Shown here: piece by piece, positions 19,715-27,990 of the stretch
Layout of the letters: each line of letters begins with the position of its first letter
Position numbering within the stretch: position 1 is the stretch's first letter
Program-made: the position numbers and the translations under genes
Source: Patescibacteria group bacterium
GTDB lineage: Bacteria; Patescibacteriota; Gracilibacteria; UBA4473
DNA: 64,000 nucleotides
Direction of reading: 5' to 3'
Assembly (NCBI GenBank): GCA_965660445.1
Contig: CBFIAK010000001.1
Location: 1 to 64,000, forward strand
Notes under the pieces: model-generated
Seen by the model: only the letters and a program-made list of their open reading frames with translations
The model's database searches: none
Told to the model about the DNA's origin: nothing

Positions 19715-20631
19715 AAAAGAGAGAAATTCTTTCCAATATCATCCGAGAGTTTGAAAACGAAATCGGAACAAGTGCACTCTTTTTAGTAACTATGAATACG
19801 CTTCAACAAGCGATTATATCTTTCAAACCTCAAAATGAAGCTGATTTTCGATTACAAATAAAAAATGTAATGGCTGATTTATGCAACACAAAACCACGTT
19901 TCGGTATATTTCAATACTATATACAACATATTTCTGCATGCATACCTCAATCATCACAAGACATTGAATCGCTTCGAACGGTACTGCTTCAATCCATTGA
20001 AAAAGCAAAACAAGAAGCCCAAACACACAATCAAAAAATGGTAGAACATGCTCATCATTTACCAGTACGAAAAAAAAGCATTCTGATTTATGAACAAAGT
20101 CATATAGTTCGAGAAGTTATTAAACAGTTTCACGAACACAAAAAACATATTCGCGTTGTTGTGGCTGAACAAGAATACGAAAAAACACATGCTATCATTG
20201 AGTTTTTACATATCTACAATATTCCATTTCAAGTAGTCCCCGATTACATGCTTTCTCATGTAGGAGATTATGTAGACATGGTTTTCTTTGGGGCATTAAC
20301 TCTGCAAGATACTATGGAGTTCGTGATGCCAACTGGATCACATGCCCTTATATCTGAATTCAAAACAATGAATATCCCTGTTTACGTTTTTTTACAAACG
20401 ACTAAATTCAGTCTCTGGAACTCAGAAAAAAAAGATATTTATCATAAAAAAGAAACACGAAAACACTTCCAGAAAGAAATTAATTACGAACGATTAAAAT
20501 TTTCACATGATCGCGTACACATTGATTTATGTACACACATCATCACAGAACACGGCATTCTTACTCCAAAAGAAATGAAACATGAATTTCTTCGAAAAAA
20601 AGAAATATACGAAGCGTTAGACGAGGTATAA
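19711..20631 (+). CDS. eIF-2B alpha/beta/delta family protein, probably catalytically inactive
   Basis: Helical N-terminus plus VVVAE, VDMVFFGA, IPVYV, TKFS, IITEHGIL; ATGA overlap with the transporter gene. Confidence 0.8.
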   Translation: MKKREILSNIIREFENEIGTSALFLVTMNTLQQAIISFKPQNEADFRLQIKNVMADLCNTKPRFGIFQYYIQHISACIPQSSQDIESLRTVLLQSIEKAKQEAQTHNQKMVEHAHHLPVRKKSILIYEQSHIVREVIKQFHEHKKHIRVVVAEQEYEKTHAIIEFLHIYNIPFQVVPDYMLSHVGDYVDMVFFGALTLQDTMEFVMPTGSHALISEFKTMNIPVYVFLQTTKFSLWNSEKKDIYHKKETRKHFQKEINYERLKFSHDRVHIDLCTHIITEHGILTPKEMKHEFLRKKEIYEALDEV

Positions 20632-20652
20632 AAAAATACATATAATACGAGT

Positions 20653-21072
20653 ATGAACTGGATATTTTTTCTATTGTTGATATGCATACTCGGGTGGGTT
20701 GTGTATAAACTCACAAAACGGAAAGAACTCATTCCCCCACAGGTTTATCGAGAATCAGTCAAACAAATTCAACAAGCTTCACTCCTTCATCCTGAACATG
20801 CCGTTCTGAAAATGCATAAGGTTTTTGTGTCTGCACTTCAAAGCATGCGATCTCATAAAACGGAAGAAAAAGCCTCTACTACTATTATGCGATACGAAAA
20901 AAAAATACCCAATGCAAAAATCATCTGGAAATATCACAGACTTCGAAACAAAATAGCACACGATATGAATGTATCAGTCACAGAAAAAGATATTCCCAAT
21001 ATGAAAAAAGCGTTTTTACGAGCGCTGAAGAGATTTCATGTTTTTATTTTTCTGATACATCTCCTGTACTGA
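20653..21072 (+). CDS. TM-anchored hypothetical protein with an RxxxxH (HEPN-like) motif
   Basis: N-terminal TM; WKYHRLRNKIAH; TATAAT 6 nt before ATG. Confidence 0.7.
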   Translation: MNWIFFLLLICILGWVVYKLTKRKELIPPQVYRESVKQIQQASLLHPEHAVLKMHKVFVSALQSMRSHKTEEKASTTIMRYEKKIPNAKIIWKYHRLRNKIAHDMNVSVTEKDIPNMKKAFLRALKRFHVFIFLIHLLY

Positions 21073-21409
21073 CATCATCTGATTTTTGTGGAGACGATTC
21101 AGACCGAGTTGTAAACAAATCAGTCACCACTGAAGCATCATGAAAACTCAAGTAGATCATAAGACTCCCGATAAGAATCAAAATAATCGCACTGAGTGAT
21201 CCAAACCCCATAAAAATAAGTACGGACAAAAAAAACAAGATAATACCCGTAAAAAAGAGTGGCTTTTTATTTATTTCAATATCTTCAATACGGTGCTCAA
21301 TATGCTTTAATTCACGAGACACCTTTTTCTCAAACCCAATAAAACTATCTTTTAAAGGGTGTGAAGACGTTTCATCATTATTCGAACTTGGTGTTGGAGA
21401 ATCTGTCAT
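21044..21409 (-). CDS. Small membrane protein (2 TM)
   Basis: Two hydrophobic helices; start reassigned to MTDSP. Confidence 0.65.
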   Translation of the reverse strand: MTDSPTPSSNNDETSSHPLKDSFIGFEKKVSRELKHIEHRIEDIEINKKPLFFTGIILFFLSVLIFMGFGSLSAIILILIGSLMIYLSFHDASVVTDLFTTRSESSPQKSDDVSTGDVSEK

Positions 21410-21422
21410 AATAAAGAATTGA

Positions 21423-23213
21423 TTAAGTTTCCATAAATTTTTCAATATCCGTTTTTTGAACTCGACGTATCATTGATTTTTGCTTTGCACGAATCAGTTT
21501 CCTCAATTGGAAGAATCGCCACCATTCAGAAAGCAATTCTGTTTCAAAAATAAGGATATAAAAAAACACTTTTGTATTATACATCATTGTCATTTTTTTT
21601 ACATCAAACGAATACGATGATGAAAAATTTTTCGTTAATAAAATCTGGTGATTCAAGTATGACAACCGATTTATACGCTTTTCTTTTTTCGCTCTATTTT
21701 GAATGATATGAAACGAAGAATTAGCAATAATTGGCACGGTTCGATCATGATAACAAATAGCGTGTGGAGTATAATACGATTTCCATCCAGCCCATTGAAG
21801 CCGATAAGCAAGATCAAGATCTTCTTTATAGAGAAACATAGACTCATCAAAATACTCTTTCTCTCCGTTTTCATTTACAAAACAAACATCTTCGAGTGCT
21901 TTTTTACGATACAGCACCGCTGCTCCCGAAACACCAAAAATTTCTCGCGGTGTTTCATATTGACCGTAATCAATTTCATTCTGACCAATATCTTCAAAAC
22001 GATGTGATTTTAAAATACGAATACCTACTGAGTCTATAAAATTCGTTTTTCCTCGTTCTTCATCTTTTGATGAATTTTTTTTCATAGCATCAAAATCCCA
22101 TCGTTTAATTTTCCCCCCACAAGAGGCCAATAAAGGTTTTTGCTCTATTCCTTTCATAAGCTGAGACAAGAAATTTCGTTCAAAGATCATATCAACATTT
22201 AAACACGCATAAAAATCTCCATCAGTATGACGCAAAATTTCATTATGAGCATGAGCAAACCCTATATTCTCAACTGATTCCAAAACCCGAACTTGAGGAA
22301 AATGTTCTTGAATAATATCCACGGTGTAATCTTTTGAATTATTATCAAATACAACAATTTCAAAATCTGGATACTCTTGAGACAATAATGATTCTAAACA
22401 ATACCGAATATATTTTTCCGAATTATACGTAGCGATTCCAACGGTTAGCTTTGGGGCTTTCGCTGAAACATGATGCGGTGTATGAGGTAATGTATCTTTT
22501 GAATGCTGAAATAATTCTTGAAGCAATACACTACTTTCGAGTAATGATTCATGGGTGCCAGCATCAAGCCATGATCCTTGTACTAAAGACGCTTTAATCG
22601 ATTTGTCTCGTAAATAATGGTTATGAAGATCTGTAATATCAAGTGTTCCTTTTGAAGACGGTTTTAATGACCGAATACGATCGAAAACAGTCCGATCATA
22701 TAAAGCAAACCCTGTTTGAGCAAATGATGATTTTGGTTGAGATGGTTTTTCTTCGATAGAGCGGATACTTCCATCATGATGAAGTTCTACCACCCCAAAT
22801 CGATGAACATCATCAACATCTTTTATAAATATATGAGCCCCTGATGAGAAATAAAAAACATCTTCTGCAAAATGGTTCTCAAAAATATTATCTGAAAAAA
22901 TGACAGCAATATCACCACCCCCTGCAAAGTCTTCTGCCAAACTCAACGCCTGAGCTGTTCCACTACTTCCGTCTTGAACTCGAAACGTAAACCGAACACC
23001 AAACTCATTCCCTGAACCAAGCAATTGCATAAATGTGCCAATATGGTCTGTTGAGGTCACTACTAAAATATCAGTAATACCCGATTTTTTAAGCGTTTCA
23101 ATCGGGTAGTAAATCATGGGTTTATTAAACACTGGCAGTAAGTGTTTATTCACGACTTTTGTGCTGGGAAACAAGCGATTATCACTACCGCCTGCAAGTA
23201 TAACTCCTTTCAT
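21423..23213 (-). CDS. Glucose-1-phosphate thymidylyltransferase-like domain fused to a GT2 glycosyltransferase
   Basis: N-terminus GVILAGGSDNRLFP, KHLLPV, EEKP, WLDAGT; C-terminus IATYN, DNNSKD, NIGFAHAHN, LNVD, YKEDLDLAYR. Confidence 0.88.
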   Translation of the reverse strand: MKGVILAGGSDNRLFPSTKVVNKHLLPVFNKPMIYYPIETLKKSGITDILVVTSTDHIGTFMQLLGSGNEFGVRFTFRVQDGSSGTAQALSLAEDFAGGGDIAVIFSDNIFENHFAEDVFYFSSGAHIFIKDVDDVHRFGVVELHHDGSIRSIEEKPSQPKSSFAQTGFALYDRTVFDRIRSLKPSSKGTLDITDLHNHYLRDKSIKASLVQGSWLDAGTHESLLESSVLLQELFQHSKDTLPHTPHHVSAKAPKLTVGIATYNSEKYIRYCLESLLSQEYPDFEIVVFDNNSKDYTVDIIQEHFPQVRVLESVENIGFAHAHNEILRHTDGDFYACLNVDMIFERNFLSQLMKGIEQKPLLASCGGKIKRWDFDAMKKNSSKDEERGKTNFIDSVGIRILKSHRFEDIGQNEIDYGQYETPREIFGVSGAAVLYRKKALEDVCFVNENGEKEYFDESMFLYKEDLDLAYRLQWAGWKSYYTPHAICYHDRTVPIIANSSFHIIQNRAKKEKRINRLSYLNHQILLTKNFSSSYSFDVKKMTMMYNTKVFFYILIFETELLSEWWRFFQLRKLIRAKQKSMIRRVQKTDIEKFMET

Positions 23214-23287
23214 CAAACGCATTGTGCCATATTTCCAAAAAAAGCCAAATAAAAAAACAGTATTTCAAGAAAAAGCGATTTCTTTTT

Positions 23288-26200
23288 TTATAAATCTAAA
23301 ACACGTGAAGCGGTTACTTCTATTTCGTCTTTATTTTTCCATTTTACACGCAATTCAATAGGGACTTGCGGTATAAATCTTTTCTGAACATGAAATTGAG
23401 CAAACCGAGATGTTGGCATAATACGAGTATTAAATAACGGCTCTTCATCATTTCCAGCAATAAGCTGCACCCATTCGACTAACTCGGGTTTTGGAACCAC
23501 AACATCAAATGTAACAAAGTTTTGATATGGAGTCACTTTATCAATCGCAGGGGTGAGGTATTGCACAATACGTTCTCTCACAAATTCAACCGTAATAGAG
23601 GACTCTGATTCGTTCCCAAATAAGTCCCATGTTTTTACTTTCAATGTATGAAGCCCTAAAGGAAGCGTTTCTGAAAAATAGATTTCATATGGATAAGAAT
23701 CAACAAATCCCAAACTCTGATCATTAATATAAAACTCAACAACTTGAACTCCAGACTGTTCATCTTGTGCATCTACTTGAAAGTGAACAAAACTTCCATT
23801 AACTATTTTTTGTCCGTCCACAGGACCCAAAAATGACAAACGAGGACCTTCTTGATCAGAACGAGAAACGACCGTTACTTGGTCTTGATTCATATTTCCA
23901 GCTTGATCAAAAACAACGGCACGAATAGAAAACGAATCGCCTTCTTGAACAGACTCTGTATCAAATGAAATAGATTGCGTAAACGGATACTCTTTCGATT
24001 CAGCCATAAACTCATCATTCACATAATATTCCACTCGATCAACTCCACGGGTTGCATTCACTGCCACTCGAACACTCAATGATCCTGCAGATATGGATCC
24101 ATTATTAGTCGGTGACTGAATAGAAATAAATGGATCTGCAATACGTGATGGTTCATCACGACGCGAATTCAAAAATTCATACAACCGATTCAGCCGTTCT
24201 TCTTTTTCATCCGATGAGAAACTCTTATTTGATTCATCTTCTGTTTTTATCGTTCCGAGTGATGTTAAAAATTTCGGATGGCGTTCAATCCATTCCTCAA
24301 CTGGTTTTTGCCAATGAGGTAAATCTGAACGAATAGAGGTAAGCCCTGTTAAAACCATTGATTTCTCCCGAGCATAAAATGGTGTATTTGCATCAGCTAT
24401 ACGACCTGTACGTCGATCTATTTCTTGTTCTTGTATAGAATTATCAAGCTCAATGGGAACACTAAATCGCGCAAAAACTTCTTCCTTTGCAAGCTGAGCA
24501 GGTGTCAGGTCAGTAGCAATCTTTCCTGAATATTTATTAATCTTTCGAACCTCTAATGGTTGTGGCTCATTATAAAGACGACCTTTCTCAACACCTTGTG
24601 CATACAAAATATCATGACCTTTATGCATAAAATCTCTCCACAAAGGAGCCGCTACCGTAAGCCCTGTTGCTCCTGATTTCATAGGTGCTCCCTTATTATT
24701 TCCAACCCAAACTCCTGAAATCAAATAAGGAGTAAAGCCGATAGTCCATGAATCACCAGGTACCGTTATAAATCGACGATTATCAGTATCATTTTCTGGT
24801 TCTTCATCATTAAAATCAGGATTCTCTGCAACTCTGTTCGAAGTTCCTGTTTTAACACCATTATTTAAGTCTTTTAATTGCAACAAAATATTCCAATCAA
24901 AAGCTTCTTCTCCTTCACCTGTTGTTGGGCGTGTTGATTCATCAGTCAGTACATGACGCATCAATGCCGCTATTTCTGAATCAATACCTTCATGCTTTTG
25001 TTTCTCTGAATCAAGTTTCTCCAGAAGCATTCCTTCAGAGTTCCTGATTTCTAAAATTGATTGTGGTTCAAAATAAGACCCATCTCCAGCAAATACCTGA
25101 TAGGCATTGATCATCGTTAATGGACGCACTTCTGCGACCCCAACTCCCAGAGCTACACCATGTTCATCATGCGTTCCCTGAATATCAATTCCAACTCGTC
25201 GTGCTAACTGCATTATACGTTCTGGGTCTGCCAAGAAGGCTGTTTTTATCGCTGGAATATTCAGGCTTCTATTCAATGATTCTCGAAGAGATACAGGACC
25301 TAAAAATTGTCCATCAAAATTCTGTGGTTTATAATTACCCCCAAAATCAGTTTCAACATCGAAAAGAACCGTTGCTGGTGCATATCCTTGTTCAAATGCT
25401 GAAGCGTAAACAAATGGTTTAAAGCTTGATCCGGGTTGTCGGTATGACATCAATACATCTACTTGTCCATCAGATTCTTCATCAAAAAAGTTTTTTCCTC
25501 CTACGTATGCTAATATTTCACCATTCAGAGGATCTATAGCTGTCATTGCGACATTTAAAGCCCCATATTTTGATTCATATCCAACTGTTTTTGTAGCAAT
25601 AATTTCTTCAGCAGCTTGTTGCATATCTGGATCAAGCGTTGTGTAGATACGCAAACCTCCGTTCCGCAAAAACTCTTTCCCAAAACGATCCTCTACTTGT
25701 TGACGAACATAAAAAACAAAGTGGGGGGCTTGAATATCAATACGAGGACGACGAAACACAATATTGTTTGCATCGAGCCATGCTGATTCAAACTGAGCAT
25801 AATCGATCATTCCTAAATCAAGCATACGTTCGAGCACCAAATCTTTCCGACCTTTTTTGTATTCTTGGTCGCCTTCATCATCTTCATCATAATACCCCAA
25901 AAGCAAATCACGATGAGACCCGTACGGCGAAAAAAATGTTGGTCGTGCTGGTAATCCCACAAGCACGGAAACTTCTCCAAGAGTTAACTCATCAACCGAT
26001 TTATCTAAGAATGTTTTGGCTGCTGCTGCAATACCATGAGCATTGTTTCCATATGGAATATTATTGAGATACATTTCGAGTATTTTTTCTTTTGAATACA
26101 CCCATTCCATTTTCATAGATAACAGTATTTCATCAAATTTTCGAGCAACACTCCGTTCGTAAGCTCTATCGGAAAGGAATGTATTTTTAACGAGTTGCTG

Positions 26201-26650
26201 AGTAATAGTAGATCCCCCTCGTTGACGACCAATACCAAAAAAGTGATTCATAAATCCTTTTAAAACTCCTCCGATATCAAACCCAAAATGAGAAAAAAAC
26301 GAATCATCTTCAATCGCAAGTGTAGCATCAATAATAGATTGTGGAATTTGTTGATACGGAATATATTCTCTATTTTCGTCTCCATGGATCACATAAAGCA
26401 CATGATCATCTGGATCTTGAGTCGGATCAAGGGCTTTTCTGTTATAAATAATAGTTGATTCACTAAAGGAAAGTTGATCTGCATCCCGAACAGAAGGGAG
26501 CAAGAAAGTCATATATCCAATAAGAAGTATGATAGATAAAGAAAAAACAGCACCAAGGATATACCAAAAATATTGCCGTACAAAGAGAAATATTTGATGC
26601 AGCTTTGAGACACCTCGATTGTTTCGTTTTTTAAATCGTTTTATTTTCAT
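23288..26650 (-). CDS. Class A penicillin-binding protein (PBP1A) with C-terminal Ig-like domains
   Basis: Transglycosylase AIED, GGSTITQQLVKN, RKFDE; transpeptidase SSFK, SLN, KTGT; Big-like repeats (VEYYVND, VEFYIND). Confidence 0.93.
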   Translation of the reverse strand: MKIKRFKKRNNRGVSKLHQIFLFVRQYFWYILGAVFSLSIILLIGYMTFLLPSVRDADQLSFSESTIIYNRKALDPTQDPDDHVLYVIHGDENREYIPYQQIPQSIIDATLAIEDDSFFSHFGFDIGGVLKGFMNHFFGIGRQRGGSTITQQLVKNTFLSDRAYERSVARKFDEILLSMKMEWVYSKEKILEMYLNNIPYGNNAHGIAAAAKTFLDKSVDELTLGEVSVLVGLPARPTFFSPYGSHRDLLLGYYDEDDEGDQEYKKGRKDLVLERMLDLGMIDYAQFESAWLDANNIVFRRPRIDIQAPHFVFYVRQQVEDRFGKEFLRNGGLRIYTTLDPDMQQAAEEIIATKTVGYESKYGALNVAMTAIDPLNGEILAYVGGKNFFDEESDGQVDVLMSYRQPGSSFKPFVYASAFEQGYAPATVLFDVETDFGGNYKPQNFDGQFLGPVSLRESLNRSLNIPAIKTAFLADPERIMQLARRVGIDIQGTHDEHGVALGVGVAEVRPLTMINAYQVFAGDGSYFEPQSILEIRNSEGMLLEKLDSEKQKHEGIDSEIAALMRHVLTDESTRPTTGEGEEAFDWNILLQLKDLNNGVKTGTSNRVAENPDFNDEEPENDTDNRRFITVPGDSWTIGFTPYLISGVWVGNNKGAPMKSGATGLTVAAPLWRDFMHKGHDILYAQGVEKGRLYNEPQPLEVRKINKYSGKIATDLTPAQLAKEEVFARFSVPIELDNSIQEQEIDRRTGRIADANTPFYAREKSMVLTGLTSIRSDLPHWQKPVEEWIERHPKFLTSLGTIKTEDESNKSFSSDEKEERLNRLYEFLNSRRDEPSRIADPFISIQSPTNNGSISAGSLSVRVAVNATRGVDRVEYYVNDEFMAESKEYPFTQSISFDTESVQEGDSFSIRAVVFDQAGNMNQDQVTVVSRSDQEGPRLSFLGPVDGQKIVNGSFVHFQVDAQDEQSGVQVVEFYINDQSLGFVDSYPYEIYFSETLPLGLHTLKVKTWDLFGNESESSITVEFVRERIVQYLTPAIDKVTPYQNFVTFDVVVPKPELVEWVQLIAGNDEEPLFNTRIMPTSRFAQFHVQKRFIPQVPIELRVKWKNKDEIEVTASRVLDL

Positions 26651-26792
26651 ACCAAATCCCTTTATTTGTAGCAAAAAAAAAAAATACGAAAAGAAAAAGA
26701 GACAAATTGCAATTGACACAAGTCAGAAACATGTGTAAAAAAATACATGCTACGGTTCTTTCATATATTCACAAAAAATAAGGAGTTTCGGC

Positions 26793-27326
26793 ATGGACCA
26801 AGGGACACTAAAGGATTATACAATAAAATTAATCCACAACCCCCAAATAGGGAGACTAAGTATTCAAGGGAGAAATAATAAATATGCAAATATTGTAAAA
26901 GTACTCCAACACTTTTTGGAAGTTTTAGAACTGCCAAATGTACTGGAGAAAGACTTTTCGACTCCCTCGGGAAAACCAAAATCATATGAATTTACGATGA
27001 GTTGGTTGCGTTCTCAATACGGTGTATTCGCTCGTAAAACGCGAATACTGTTAGAGCATGAAAAACTCAGCTCAAAAGAAAAAGAAGATATTCTTCTTGG
27101 AACGGCACTTAAGGCTATTTATGATAGCCCGAATTGTAAGTTTGATTTTGAACAAGAAATTCAAAACCAAATGGAATCCTTCACTCTTGCGGTATGGCAA
27201 GATATTGCAGAAGTTCTTCGAACCTGCTGCCAATATCTTTCTCCGCAACAAAGCAGTTTTCAAATCATTCAACGATTTCTAGAAGCAGTAGGAATTGAAG
27301 AAGAAAAAGAAGACGTGCTTGTATAA
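26793..27326 (+). CDS. Hypothetical protein (177 aa)
   Basis: AGGAG SD upstream and its own terminator downstream. Confidence 0.7.
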   Translation: MDQGTLKDYTIKLIHNPQIGRLSIQGRNNKYANIVKVLQHFLEVLELPNVLEKDFSTPSGKPKSYEFTMSWLRSQYGVFARKTRILLEHEKLSSKEKEDILLGTALKAIYDSPNCKFDFEQEIQNQMESFTLAVWQDIAEVLRTCCQYLSPQQSSFQIIQRFLEAVGIEEEKEDVLV

Positions 27327-27338
27327 GCATACAATAAT

Positions 27339-27372
27339 AGCAATACGTTCGTAGCCGTATTGCTTTTTTTTT
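27339..27372 (+). terminator. Intrinsic terminator
   Basis: AGCAATACG-ttcgtagc-CGTATTGCT followed by a T run. Confidence 0.85.
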
Positions 27373-27408
27373 GAAAATTTTTCAAGAATATCTATACAAT
27401 CAGGATAT

Positions 27409-27990
27409 ATGAAACAAACAGTACAAACACTATTACATAATCTTGAAACAGAAGGAATTACACGTCGCATTCCAAATATAACACGACGGAACGCAGAAAT
27501 AATTCATTTTTTAGTTCAAATAAAAGAAGCATCTCGAGTCCTTGAAATAGGAACCGCTAATGGATATTCGAGTCTCTGGTTTTGTGATGCTATTGCACAC
27601 AAAGAAAATGCAAAATTTGTAGGCATTGAAAAATCAGAACCTATAGCGCTTGAAGCAGAAAACAATCTCGAAAAAGCAGGATTTTCAGATATAAGCACAA
27701 TTCATAAAGGTGACGCACTTCTTATTCTTCCAACACTCACCACCCCTTTTGATATTATATTTATTGATGCTCAAAAACGGATGTATATCGATTTTTGGCA
27801 CAATATTCAACACCTCATACACGATCAAACACTCATTATCGCTGACGATATGGAAAAATTCAAAGAAAAAACATTCTCGTTCCTACAAGAATTAAAACAC
27901 AATAACCTGTTTCAATACACACTTTTACAAACTGATCCCGACGACGCTATTGCTCTTATCTATCGCTGTGCTTCGAGAAGAGAGAATTGA
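27409..27990 (+). CDS. Class I SAM-dependent O-methyltransferase (Methyltransf_3, TrmR/YrrM-like)
   Basis: VLEIGTANGYS, GDA, FDIIFIDAQK. Confidence 0.88.
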   Translation: MKQTVQTLLHNLETEGITRRIPNITRRNAEIIHFLVQIKEASRVLEIGTANGYSSLWFCDAIAHKENAKFVGIEKSEPIALEAENNLEKAGFSDISTIHKGDALLILPTLTTPFDIIFIDAQKRMYIDFWHNIQHLIHDQTLIIADDMEKFKEKTFSFLQELKHNNLFQYTLLQTDPDDAIALIYRCASRREN

